DNA from: Eledone cirrhosa
Lineage: Eukaryota
DNA length: 64,000 nt
Reading direction: 5' to 3'
NCBI GenBank assembly: GCA_964016885.1
Contig: OZ024763.1
Coordinates: 10,230,001-10,294,000, forward strand
Numbering within the stretch: position 1 is the stretch's first letter; every line of letters starts with the position of its first letter. A program made the position numbers and the translations under genes. Shown in pieces: positions 23,823 through 36,214 of the stretch. Below the pieces are notes generated by a model. It was not told where the DNA came from, ran no database searches, and saw only the letters and a list, made by a program, of their open reading frames with translations.

Positions 23823-25049
23823 CAGGGTGCAGACGATATTACTGTCTAGGAAAAAATAACACAGTAGTTTTATTTTTTAAGATATATTTATCAAACTTGG
23901 ATCAGTTTGTCTTCATGACTTGTTCTTTCGATCTCACTCGATAAACCCGCCATTGGCTTTGATGACGGCTTGAAGGTGGCCTCGGAACCGGCTACCGGCC
24001 TTCGTCACTGTCCCCCAACTTAGGCCCCTAAAGGCACTTGTGATCCTGGCCTTCAGATCGTCTTTTGTATTGCAGCTAGATCTGTTGGTGTCTCGTTCCA
24101 CTGCGCCCCACACAAAGAAGTCGAGTGGGTTGCAGTCAGGTGAGCTGGGAGGCCAGATGTCAGGTGAAGTGTGGTCGACACGTACGGCCTACCTGCAGCT
24201 ACCTGGTCGATCCAGGGCTTTACTACCTCGCTAGGAACGCGGATGTAGCCATCGGTGTTCAGCTTGAGGCCCTCAGGGAAGAAGTGAGGTGGCATGACGT
24301 CACCTTGACTGTTGACGACACCTAAGACCAATGTTGTCGCTGGAAACTTTGTCTGCAAGACTCTGGGCACGTCTTTGGATGAGACAGCAAGCCACCTATT
24401 GTTCTGGGAGTTGATCTTCTGGTCTTGGCAGAAGTTTTTCTCGTCGGAGAAAAACCACAGCATGTCTGGCTCCAGTGGGTGTTTCAACTTGTTGATCAGC
24501 TTCTTTGCATGCTTCAGTCACTTTTCTTGCATCGCCTTTGACAGAAATTGTCCTTTCCTCATCTTGTATGAAACATAGCGAATGTCTTTGTGTACCACCA
24601 GCCTCATGAGCTTTTCATCCACGCCTTTCTCCCTTGCAATGGCACGCATCGACTTGCTAGGTTCATTGTTGATGATATCCTGAACTACAGCGAAGAACTC
24701 AGGCATTCTGAAGGCGTCAGATCGTCGATCATGTGTTTTCCTCTCTGATATTGCTTCATAGTTGAATCCTGAATCTTCCAATTCCTTTCTGACCTTTTCC
24801 ACCATTCTCTTGCTGACGCTGATTAAGTCTGAAATTTCCTTATTTGTCCTCCCGGCGCGGATTCCAAGAATAACTCTGTGTCTCTTCCACAAATTTGGAG
24901 GTTAAAAATTATTCATAATCAATTATTCTGAAAATAAATAATGGAAATATAGTCACTGTTTCTATGAAGACAAGAGTGACAACGGAAGTAAAAAAAATTT
25001 GCATAAAATTAGCAGTTGAAAATTGTGAACAAATATCGTCCACACCCTG
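23823..25049 (-). mobile_element. Full-length Tc1/mariner-superfamily transposon (maT/DD37D-like) with defective transposase
   Basis: TIRs cagggtgcagacgatatt / aatatcgtccacaccctg, TA on both flanks; minus-strand HTH region, WFFSDEKNF, WPPSSPDCNPLDFFVW; stops, frameshift and loss of the second catalytic Asp block. Confidence 0.92.
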
Positions 25050-25057
25050 TATATATA

Positions 25058-25375
25058 GAATCATTCAGTTTCCTAAATAGAATATTAGTCTACAACTTCA
25101 GTTATACTATAAACATGGTTTTGTCTTTGCGTGTATTTGTTCTCAATGGTCCACATAACGACGTATTATCTTCGTTTTTTTTCCGTTTATTGCCAGGGAA
25201 CGTCTTCACGAACCAAAGTATCATCTTCCTGTCTTCCTTCGGTTGCAAGGTTTTTCGAAATATTTACTTCTGCGTTCACAGATTGATTTTTTTTTAGTTT
25301 CAGAAGATCCCGTTAAGGGTGAAAGCACCGATTCTTTGCTTAAACTTCAATTTGTTATTTTAATAAATATTTGCT
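25058..25375 (+). mobile_element. Non-coding repeat (family C) ending in a hammerhead-like motif, flanked by TA-rich tracts
   Basis: Closely similar to 27815-28262. Confidence 0.75.
25296..25346 (+). ncRNA. Type I hammerhead-like motif with variant core CAGAAGA
   Basis: agttt-CAGAAGA-t[ccc gttaa ggg]t-GAAA-[gca...tgc]-TT-aaact; stems I, II and III all form. Confidence 0.55.
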
Positions 25376-25684
25376 CTATATATATACAATATATATATAT
25401 ATACGATATATATATATATATACATATATGATATATATATATATACATATATGATATATGTATATATATAATAATATGTATGTATTTATCACTACCTGAC
25501 TCCCAAACCTCTGTGTGGTGTGTATATGTGTTTGTGTGTGTAGACACACCTGAGAGCACATGTATATATGTACACACGTTTATATATTATATGTTTATAT
25601 ATTATATATATGTATGTGTATGTGCGTAGAGTTTGTGTACGTATATCTGACTTTTATATATAAATACACATACATACATATGTA

Positions 25685-26202
25685 GATGTGTGTTTGTGTC
25701 TGTGTGTGTGTTCTGTGTCTGTGTGTGTGTTCTGTGTCTGTGTGTGTGTGTGACTGAGTGTGTATGTCTGTGTGTGTGAGACTGTCTGTGTGTGTGTGTA
25801 TGTCTGTGTCTGACTATGTATGTCTGTGTGTGTGTGTGTGACTGTTTATGTGTATGTGTGTGTAACTGTCTGTATGTTTATGTGTGTGCGTGTGTGACTG
25901 TCTGTGTTTATGTGTATGTGTGTGTGTGAGTCTGTGTTTATGTATATGTGTGTGTGTGTGTGTGACTCTGTATATGTGTGTGTGTGTGACTGTGTTTATG
26001 TATGTGTGTGTGTGACTGTGCATATGTGTGTGTGTGACTGTATATGTGTGTGTGAGACTGTGTATATGTATGTGTGTGTGTGTGACTGTATATGTATGTG
26101 TGTGTGACTGTATATGTGTGTGTGTGTGTGTGTGACTGTATATGTGTGTGTGTGACTGTGTGTGTGACTGTGTGTGTGACTGTGTGTGTGTGTGTGTGTG
26201 TG
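25685..26202. repeat. (GT)n compound microsatellite with gact spacers
   Basis: Direct reading. Confidence 0.9.
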
Positions 26203-26257
26203 CTGGTGAGTCAGTGAAAATGAATCTAATATGATGAGTCATTTCACAAGTTGTCAA

Positions 26258-27030
26258 CACTACCACCACCACCACTACTACTACTACTACTACCACCACC
26301 ACCACCACTATTACTACCACTACCACTACCACCACTACCACCACCACCATCACCACCACCACCACCACCACCACCACTACCACACCACCACCACTGCCAC
26401 CTCCACCACCACTACCACCACCAATACCTACACCACCACCACCATTACCACCACCACCATCACCACCACCACCACCACCACTACTACACCACCACTACCA
26501 CCACCAACACTACTATCTCCACTACCACCTACACCGCCACTTCCACCACCACCACACCACACCACATCACCACCACTACCACCACACCACCACTAATAGC
26601 TCCACCACCATCACCATCACCATCACCACCACTGCCACCTCCACCAACACCATCACTGCCACTACAACCTCCACCAACACCATCACTGCCACTACAACCT
26701 CCACCACCACTACCACTGCCACTACCACTGCCACCACCACCACCACTGCCACCTCCACCAACACCATCACTGCCACTACAACCTCCACCAACACTACCAC
26801 TGCCATCACCACCACCACCACCACTACAACCACCACCATCACCATCACTGCCACTACAACCACCACCATCACCATCATTGCCACTACAACCTCCACCACC
26901 ACCATCACTGCCACTACAACCACCACCATCACTGCCACTACAACCACCACCAACACCATCACTGCCACTACAACCTCCACCATCACTGCCACTAACACCA
27001 CTACCAACAACACCTCCACCCCACCACCAG
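26258..27030. repeat. (CAC/TAC)n low-complexity tract with ~30-bp subrepeats
   Basis: Direct reading. Confidence 0.9.
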
Positions 27031-27161
27031 TAAGGGTATAAATAGTGACTCTATGAAACTCCCATTGCATGCAAAAGCCAATCGTGGCACCCTGCCAAAA
27101 CAAGCTCCTCAACATACTCTGGTATCACTCTCTATGACACCCACATCCAAACAAAAATTCC

Positions 27162-27314
27162 CAGCGGTCCCCAACTGGTGGTCCAAGAGAAAAGTTTGGT
27201 GGTCCACAGAAAAATGGAATGTTTTTTTTTTTTTTTTAAATCATATTAGTGGTCCATGGGATTTAAAATTATGTATTTAATGGTCTGTGAGGACCGAAAG
27301 GTTGGCAACTACTG
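27162..27314. mobile_element. hAT (Charlie-like) MITE
   Basis: Imperfect TIRs cagcggtccccaac / gttggcaactactg, internal ggtcc repeats; TSD not recognisable. Confidence 0.6.
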
Positions 27315-27814
27315 CTTTCAACTAAAAACTTCCATCTATCTGAAAATGCCACAAAATCCTTAATAGATGAACAACGAAACTATTGAAGTATTATTAACCT
27401 TGAGAATGTTATTACCAACTTGAACCTGAAGCAGCTGTACATCCACAACAAAAGCAATACTTCAGCACAACACTAGGCTGGCATCATCAACACTGTTACC
27501 AATTGTAACCATTTAATTCAGCCTAGCATAAATAACAACCCATGCAACAAATTGAGTAAACATAGAGGGCAAATGCCTGTATAAAAATATAATATATGAG
27601 GTAACTTCCATTTCAAGTACATATGAATATATTGGAGCATTCTAATGCACGTGTTTTTGTGTATGTGCCTGTATTTGCATATCCATGGCGGGTGTTTTCG
27701 TGTATGCATGTGTATGTACGTATATGGATGCGTGCATGTACAGTATATATTTAATTATTGTTGATTTCAATAACCTCTGTATTTTATTTACTTTATTCTT
27801 AACTCGGAAGCTGA

Positions 27815-28262
27815 GAATCATTCGGTTTCCTAAATAGAATTTTAGTCTACGATTCAGTTATACCATTTACGTGGTTTTGTCTTTGCGTGTAATTGTTCTC
27901 ACCGCTCCACATAATGACGTATTATCTTCGTTTTTTCCGTTCATTGCCAGAGAACGTCTCTATGAACCACCTAATAGAATATTAGTCTACGACTTCATTT
28001 ATACCATAAACGTGGTTTTGTCTTTGTGTGTAATTGTTTTCACCGCACCAAATAATGACGTATTATCTTCGTTTTTTCCCGTTCTTTGCCAGGGAACGTT
28101 TCCACGAACCAAAGTATCGTCTTCCTGTCTTCCTTCAGTTGCAACGTTTTTTGAAATTTTTACTTCTGCGTTCACAGATTGATTTTTTTAGTTTCAGAAG
28201 ATCCCGTTAAGGGTGAAAGCAGCGCTTCTTTGCTTAAACTTTAATCTGTTATTTTAATAAAT
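27815..28262 (+). mobile_element. Family C repeat copy with an internal ~140-bp tandem duplication, ending at (TA)n
   Basis: Matches 25058-25375; segment aatagaat..tagtctacga repeated at ~27835 and ~27973. Confidence 0.75.
28190..28240 (+). ncRNA. Type I hammerhead-like motif with variant core CAGAAGA (second copy)
   Basis: agttt-CAGAAGA-tcccgttaagggt-GAAA-gca[gcgcttctt]tgc-TT-aaact. Confidence 0.55.
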
Positions 28263-28948
28263 ATATATATATATATATACAGAGGTATCCACAGTAAGTT
28301 GTTATATTATATATATATATAATAATATATATAAAGTTGAAGAAAGATATTAACAAAACAGAATATTTTAAAGATTTTTCAGGATAAAAAAGGAATTTTC
28401 TGTAACTCTGTCACCAATTCTGGAACATATAGCTTTGGTTTATCAACTAGATACTCCTCTGTGACTGTGTGGCACCAATTCTGCCATAAATTGTCAGTCG
28501 AAAATCTTCTCAGCCAAGATCTCTCTAAGAACTGTCAGAAATGTTAGGGTGTTGGATTAAAACCCCAATTATTTGTTTCAGATCAGTGCAGAGTGAGTTA
28601 TTGTATCTGATCTGGTTGGATCTGTTCCAAAGGAGTTACAAACAGCAGAGAGTAGGAAAAATGGAAACATTGTTCACTCTGCCCAGATCTCTCTCACCTC
28701 TCCATCGTCCCCTCACCTCTCCCCCTTCCCTACTCTCTCCCCCTTCCCTACTCTCTCCCCTTCCACTCTCTCTCATCCGCAACATCTTATCTAATCCTTA
28801 CAGGTGTGTTTTGTATACCCTCAAAACCCTGCTTACCTTCTTCTCCCCTTCACTCACAGTCCTCTTCTCCCCCCTCCACCTCAATCCTCAATGCCTCCTT
28901 ACCTTCTCCCCTCCCCTTCAGTCTCCTTTTGTCTGTGTCTATCTCTTC

Positions 28949-29011
<63 letters not shown>

Positions 29012-29307
29012 AATCCACCCTAAAGGGATTATATTCACTAAACACACATATTAGTGTCCCCCCCTCCCACATTAATACCTACTGCACACACACACATTAA
29101 TACACACATATTAACACACACACACACACATTAACACACACACATACACACATTAATACACACACACACACACACACAAAGACAGTCATCTTCATAGTAG
29201 ACTAGTTTCAGTCCTTCCCTGAAGAGGGTTACACAATAACTGTTACAGCCGGCTGTCTGTCTCACACATAGAGACACATGCAAATATACATACACATGTA
29301 AGGACGG

Positions 29308-29344
<37 letters not shown>

Positions 29345-29345
<1 letters not shown>

Positions 29346-30190
29346 CAACATCATCACTACCACAAACACCAACAACAACAGTAACAACAACAGTAACAAC
29401 AACATCACTACCAACAACAGTAACAACAACAGCAACAGCAGTAACAACAACAGTAACAGCAACAACAGCAACAACAGTAACAACAACAGTAACAGCAACA
29501 ACAGTAACAACAACAGTAACAACAGTAACAACAACAACAACCGTAACAACAACAACAATAACAACAACAACAGTAACAGCAACAGTAACAACAATAACAA
29601 CAACCGTAACAACAACAACAGTAACAACAACAACAACAACAGTAACAGCAACAACAACCGTAACAACAACAGTAACAACAGTAACAGTAACAACAACAAC
29701 AACAGTAACAGCAACAACAGCAACAACAGCAGTAACAGCAACAACAGTAACAACAGTAACAACAACAGTAACAACAACAACAACAGTAACAACAGCAGTA
29801 ACAGCAACAACAGTAACAACAACAACAACAGTAACAGCAACAACAGTAACAACAACAACAACAGTAACAGCAACAACAACAGTAACAGCAACAACAGTAA
29901 CAACAGCAGTAACAACAACAGTAACAGCAACAACAACCGTAACAACAACAACAGTAACAGCAACAACAGTAACAACAGTAACAAGAACAGTAACAACAAC
30001 AACAACAACAGTAACAACAGCAGTAACAAGAACAGTAACAACAACAACAACAGTAACAACAACAACAACAGTAACAGCAACAACAGTAACAACAACAGTA
30101 ACAACAACAACAGTAACAACAACAGTAACAACAACAACACTAACAACAACAACAGTAATAACAACAACAACAACAACAACAGTAACAACA
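29345..30190. repeat. (AAC/AGT/AGC)n trinucleotide tract
   Basis: Direct reading; explains the poly-Leu ORF. Confidence 0.93.
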
Positions 30191-30519
30191 CTGTAATGAT
30201 TGTTTCTACTTTAGGCACAAGCCCAACAATTTGAAGGGGAGGGGAAAGTCAATTATATCAACCCCAGTGCATTACTGCTACTTCATTTCATTGATGGAAT
30301 TCAAAGTTAACGTTGGCAGGATTTGAACTCACAACTCACAACAACAATGACAACAACAAGAGACAACCCATATGAAGAGGTGACTGGTACGAGCCCCAAA
30401 CATGTGTTTGAACAGGATTTGAACTTACAATGTCAATATTTCTACAAGTTAAAGGTGCAGCTATGTAACATCCTCCTCAGGTGAAATTCTGACTCAACAT
30501 TTACAGTATCGGCTAACCT

Positions 30520-30772
30520 GTTGGATTACTCATATATACCTACCTAGTGGTTTACACACACACATATCTACCTGTTGGTTTACACACACACACACATATC
30601 TACCTGTTGGTTTACACACACATACACCTATCTATTGGTTTACACACACACATATCTACCTGTTGGTTTACACACACACACACACATATCTACCTGTTGG
30701 TTTACACACACACACACTCATCTACCTGTTGGTTTACACATACACACACATATATATACCTACCTATTAGTT

Positions 30773-30807
<35 letters not shown>

Positions 30808-31101
30808 ATATATTATATATGGGTGTTGCATTACAAATTTATATATATTATATATAGATATTATATATATATATAATATATATATATTATATGTGTATAT
30901 TATATATATATATATTATATATATATATATTATATGTGTATATTATATATATATATATTATATATATATTACTATATATATTACTATATATATATTATAT
31001 ATATTATATATATATATAGTAATATATATATATATACATATATATATATTACTATATATGTATATATATATATAGTAATATATATACATACATATATATA
31101 G

Positions 31102-31142
<41 letters not shown>

Positions 31143-31147
31143 AATAA

Positions 31148-31216
<69 letters not shown>

Positions 31217-31221
31217 AATAA

Positions 31222-31283
<62 letters not shown>

Positions 31284-31340
31284 TATATATATATTTTAAT
31301 AAATATATATATATATATATTTCATTGAGAGGGAAGTTTT
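30520..31340. repeat. ~30-bp minisatellite (tctacctgttggtttacacaca..) followed by a long (TA)n compound tract
   Basis: Direct reading. Confidence 0.88.
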
Positions 31341-31863
31341 ACACTAGTTTTTTTCTTATTGCTGTGATACACACACACACACTCACACACACTCACACAC
31401 TCACACACACACACACACACTCACACACTCACACACACACACACACTCACACACTCACACACTCACTCACACAAACACACACACATATATATGTGTGTGT
31501 GTATAAGGATGATTTAATAATACCATTGTTTGACTCCCTCTCCCTATTTCCTGGTGGACCTTTGCCTGTTTTCTAAGGGCTCAAAATTTAAAGAGCCCAC
31601 CCTCAGTGTTCTGTGACCATTCAGTGGCTATGTGAATGTGGGGGTTGGATCCCCGCACAGCACCACCATCGACATCACCACCCAGGTTACAAAGACACAG
31701 TTCTCTCCCCTTTGTTCCGCTATGGCACAAATATGGAAATGTTTATCTTCAAATGTTGTAAAAAGGTGAATTCAATGTTTCTTCTACTTTTATATAAATA
31801 TATATCTATATTTCATAGATCTACCTGATATTATCATTATGACTACATTAATTGCTATTATTA

Positions 31864-32093
31864 TTGGATTAGCAGAATCGGTAGAGCATCAGATGCCATG
31901 CTTTGCAGCACAGAGTTATGGTCCCTTACGTTCTGAGTTTAAATCCCACCGAGGTTAGCTGTGCCTTTCCTCCTTACGGGGTCGATAAAATAAAGTACCA
32001 GTCACACACTGGGGTCGATTTAATCGACTCCCCCCCCCCCCCCCGCAAATTGCTGGCCTTGTGCCTAAATAAGAAACCATTATTATTATTATT
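31864..32093 (+). mobile_element. Family-1 SINE with (TTA)n tail
   Basis: Head, gagtttaaatccc B box, gcctttcctccttacggggtcgataaaa, tail aagaaaccattattatt. Confidence 0.85.
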
Positions 32094-32180
32094 ACAGTTG
32101 CATTTATCTTGCTTTATGTTCATACGAGTTATCACCAAGTCACAACCAGTGACCTCAAGAGACAACAAGGTCCGCCATGT

Positions 32181-32227
<47 letters not shown>

Positions 32228-32688
32228 GTTCTTTGAGTCTCAGTCATTGATGTTAGTTAACTGGAAAGTTTGTTGAAATGAATATCAAGCCACTACCTGC
32301 AGCCTCAGATATTCAGGACGTATCGGAGGGTTCTTGCTGTTCCCAGCAAGCATACCTTTTGAAGCGTTCCAAAAAGCGTGAAGGGGCCAATTTTCTTTAA
32401 CCATCCCTGGAAACTTTTTGAGATAGTCCCTAGTGCACCTATGACAATCGGGATCACTTTGACTTCATGGCAGTTCCAAATCCTTTTTACCTCCCACTTT
32501 AAGTCCTGGTATCGGTTAATTTTCTCCCTCTCCTTCTCTTGCACTCTCGTGTCGAATGGGCAGGCCACATCCACAATCAGGCACGATCTTTTTTCTTTGT
32601 CCACAACCACCAGGTCAGGTCTATTGTGTTCCAGTTTCTTGTCCGTCTGTATCCTAAAATCCCACAGCACCTTCACCTGATCGTTTGA
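32228..32688 (-). mobile_element. 5'-truncated Dong/R4-clade LINE 3' end (restriction-like endonuclease) within (TAA)n
   Basis: Intact ORF 32305..32676: VLWDFRIQTD...NRPDLVVVD...IVDVACP...EKINRYQDL...IVIGALG...QKVCLLGTA; (TTA)n on both flanks. Confidence 0.92.
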
Positions 32689-32940
32689 TTATTATTATTA
32701 TTATTATTATTATTTGCTGGCCTTGTGCCAAAAGTAGAAGCATTATTGTTATTGTTGATGTTGTTCGTGTTTTTCCTTTCCTTCAGTTTTATTTCCATTT
32801 CTTGTCAAATGGGGGGGGGGGGGGTCTTGTCAGCATCTCCTTTTGAGATCTGCTGACTTGGGTCACAGTTGATCCTAGGTACATGAAAGTTCAAGTCTTC
32901 CTATGTTCAGCATGATGTTGTTATATTCTGCTTGTTACTA

Positions 32941-33606
32941 TTAACTTTTTACCATGTAAACCGGCCATATCTGGTCAGAATTCTGTCACCTCTTTCTGTT
33001 CAAACTGGTCGTAACCAACCACTCATACCGATGTTAAGGTATTGTTCTCAAAATAAATAATATCGATATTATGTGAGGTAAAGCCTTTACTATGAAAATA
33101 CAATTGTAAATATAGAGTAATGTAAATGTTATGTGAGATATTATGTGAGGTAAAGCCTTTACTGTGAAAATACAATAGTAAATATAGAGTAATGTAAATG
33201 TTATGTGAGATATTATGTGAGGTAAAGACTTTACTGTGAAAATACAATAGTAAATATAGAGTAATGTAAATGTTATGTGAGATATTATGTGAGGTAAAAC
33301 CTTTACTGTGAAAATCTAAAAAAAAGTCTAAAGTCTGTCTCATTTGGCCGGTGCTTATCCCGGTTTCATGGCGTGAAGCAACTGAGAGTACAAGACTCCC
33401 CCCTGGACAGGACGCCAGTCCATCGCAGGGTTAAACCTCCAGCTATTACTGGTACTCATTTTCAGCTGAGTAAACTGGAGCAACGTAAAATAAAGTGTCT
33501 TGCTCGAGGAAACAACACATCACCTGGTCTGAGAATTGAACTCACAACCTTTCGACTGTGAAAATACAATAGTATATATAGAGTAATGTAAATGTTAAAG
33601 GGTTAA
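32941..33606. mobile_element. piggyBac-like non-autonomous element with internal 72-bp tandem repeats, interrupted by a SINE
   Basis: Ends ttaactttttaccatgt / aaatgttaaagggttaa (TTAA flanks); same family as the copy starting at 51282. Confidence 0.65.
33316..33554 (-). mobile_element. SINE with family-2 head but a different 3' half; 11-bp TSD actgtgaaaat
   Basis: TSD at 33305-33315 and 33555-33565; B box and CORE-like centre, then gatggactggcgtcctgtccagggg. Confidence 0.8.
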
Positions 33607-33609
33607 CCA

Positions 33610-34810
33610 GAATCTGAGCTGATCTCCATTCCATATGTTCTTAGTACTTTTTCCAGTCTGGAAGGGAGCTCCTGAAGTTCAGCTTCACTGCTTCCTAACA
33701 GGTCAATGTCAAGCAAATCGCAGGTTGGAAATGGGCCTTCCTCCAATGGAAACTGAGGTGTGGAAGTCCTGGAGAGTCTCTTGTGTGATATTTTCCAGGA
33801 AGATTGTGAAAATCACTGAAGAAAGGAGACACCCTTGTCGAACTCCCATTGTTGTCCTGAAGAATTCTCCAATGTTGTTATTCAGGAAAACTGCACTGTT
33901 TCAGTTGCCATACAGTGCTTTGATTACTGCAATGAGGTTGGTGTCAAAGTCCTTCATCACCCTCCACAACCCTCATGCCAAACATGGTCAAAGGCTTTTT
34001 TAAAGTCAAAGATATGATGAATGTCAGATTGATGCTGCAGGTGTTTCTCAGTCTGATGTTAAATATCTGCTCTGTTGTACTTCTTTTGGGCCTGTTCTTT
34101 TGCCAGGATTTCCCCTTCCTTTCCCTTAAGTCTGTTTAGGAGAACTCATAACAGTACTTTGCTGGGGTGGCTAATTAGGCTGATTGTTCTGTAGTTCTGG
34201 CAGAGTATTAGGTTTCCTTTTTTGGGGAATCGGTATCTTCAGTAATTGGGTCCACTCCTTTGTTTCCCATATCTTCTGACAGTGCCTGTTTTAAGAGCTA
34301 TGATGGAATGTTATCGACTCCAGGGGATTTACCATCTTTAAGCATGTGCACTGCCTCTGACTTCCTCCTGGATAATTGTAGTATTCTCAATTTCATTGTT
34401 CCTATTGGTGGAATGGTCCAGGATGTTTTTGATTATAAAAGTCTTTGCAATACTCAGACCATAGTTTGATGACATGGGCCTCGTCTGTGAGGACCTAGTC
34501 AGTTTTTTCCTCTATGGCAGTGATGGTATATTGCTTTCTTTTTGTTAGCATTCATAAGCAGCCTTGCTGTTGCCCTTTTTTATTCCAGCTTCGATGTTTT
34601 TGCACTGATCTGATACCCACTTCTCTTTGGCTTCCCTTATTTTCTTTCTGACCTTCCTATTCACAGCATTATATTGTTCACTTGGCCTTCCTCAAGTCAT
34701 GTCTTAAATCACATAGGTCCAAGATGTCACCAGTGACCCATGGTTTATTTTTCCTTCTCTTTCTCCCCAACACTTCTAAATTGTTTCATGAAGTGCTTCC
34801 TTGATGCTAT
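33610..34810 (-). mobile_element. Degenerate RTE (BovB-like) LINE RT fragment
   Basis: Minus-strand NYRTISLISHPSK, GVRQGCLLS, IGGRPISNLRFA-DIDL, YGMEIS. Confidence 0.82.
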
Positions 34811-34854
34811 CTAAAAAACTTACAAAAATTATTATCTTTCCCACAGTGATAATG

Positions 34855-35110
34855 CTCTTATCAATATGTACGCCATACCAGTTAAAGCAATTTTTTGCAC
34901 TTCTTGCAGTGACTATTCTAAAATAATTTTCTGTTCTTTTTTTATCATTCCCAGTGCTTCTACAATCACTGGTATTGTGACCACCTTAAGATAGCGCATT
35001 TTTTCAAATTCAATCAGCAAATCTGAGCTTGTAAAATTCTTTTGCCGCAATATTGTGATCATATGGGAGACTCATATCAATCAAGAAACACTTTTGATTC
35101 TTCATGCCTG
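34855..35110 (-). mobile_element. Degenerate Dong/R4 endonuclease remnant
   Basis: CFLIDMSLPYDHNI, TIPVIVEALGMIKK, EVQKIALTG. Confidence 0.7.
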
Positions 35111-35276
35111 CTTGTACCACAAGTGCAAGAAGGAAGACTTATTTCCAAGCCAAACTTTGTAGGCCTCCTTCTTTCCTTGGATGGTACTTTTGACCACTTA
35201 ATTGAACCAAGGGCTTTTCTTGCCATCTGGCACCACACCAAGGCTCTTTCACCTGCAGTATTTAATAGCTGAAGCA

Positions 35277-35400
35277 ACCGTCTCCAACTGAGTTCAAATC
35301 CCGCCGAGGTTGACTTTGCCTTTCATCCTTACGGGGTCGATAAAATAAAGTACCAGTAATGCACTGGGTAATTGCTGGCCTTGTGCCTAAAGTAGAAACA
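35277..35400 (+). mobile_element. 5'-truncated family-1 SINE with a perfect 20-bp TSD
   Basis: agtatttaatagctgaagca at 35257-35276 and 35401-35420. Confidence 0.9.
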
Positions 35401-35429
35401 AGTATTTAATAGCTGAAGCAGAAACTGCT

Positions 35430-35845
35430 GAGCTGAGCAATCGCCACACTGTCTCAACATCCTCAATTTGCTCAGAGAGTTCTCTAGAGGGTCTTTGGAG
35501 TAATATTATTCAGTAGCATGTGTAGCTAAGGGATGAGAGAGTCACTCCAGGTAGAGTCACTACTTCTCTGAATTGAGAGATCACAGCTCTGATACTATGG
35601 TTATGTGCTTAGAATGTTTCAAGAAAGAATCGTTGGACAGATTTTACAGGCAAAACCAACCGGTAAGAGGCCCAGGGGTAGACTCTGAGCAAGCTGGTTG
35701 GATGACATCCATGGGCTTGGCGGGTCTTGCTTGGGGATCCAGCTGGATCAGTTGGAGACGGTTGCTTCTGACAGGACCCACTAGAAGGAGTGTTTGAGGA
35801 CTCCACCCTCACAGCCCTCTCAGGAATAAGTAGGTGAAGAAGAAA
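35430..35845 (+). mobile_element. RTE-like LINE 3' end remnant (related piece at ~10535-10665)
   Basis: Shared tcagttggagacggttgcttctgac...ctctcaggaa..gaagaaga end at both loci. Confidence 0.55.
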
Positions 35846-36106
35846 AACTAATTTTTCCGTCAATTAGTTTAATAACCGGATGGTTATTTAGTTGTTAATA
35901 GTCAAAGTTCTTTCCTCACACATTCTGTGACCTCTTCAGTGACTACTTTTGTTATATTGTGTCTCCTCTTTGTTCTATTTTACACCATTTTGTCTTTTTG
36001 AGCTGTACACCTGGATTGCAGATCCATTGCATTCAGATTATATATAAATATACATACATATGTGTGTGTGTATATGAAACTGTCAATATATTCTTTCTGA
36101 TTTCAG

Positions 36107-36214
36107 ATCCGAGGTAGTATCTACAACCCTGGCTGGGAATATGACGCAAATGCTTTGGAGTTCTGTCATCACCGGGACCTCAACACACAGTCAAGACCCT
36201 TTGCAACATACAAG
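36107..36214 (+). CDS. Hillarin-like gene, first exon visible in window (IRGSIYNPGWEYDANALEFCHHRDLNTQSRPFATYK)
   Basis: ttctttctgatttcag| acceptor, aag|gtatct donor, 108 nt open, phase 0, in frame with the next exon. Confidence 0.75.

Noticed and set aside
29262-30218. Poly-Leu 318-aa ORF and similar poly-Val/Thr/Pro/Ile-Tyr ORFs throughout
   Set aside because: Direct translations of microsatellites
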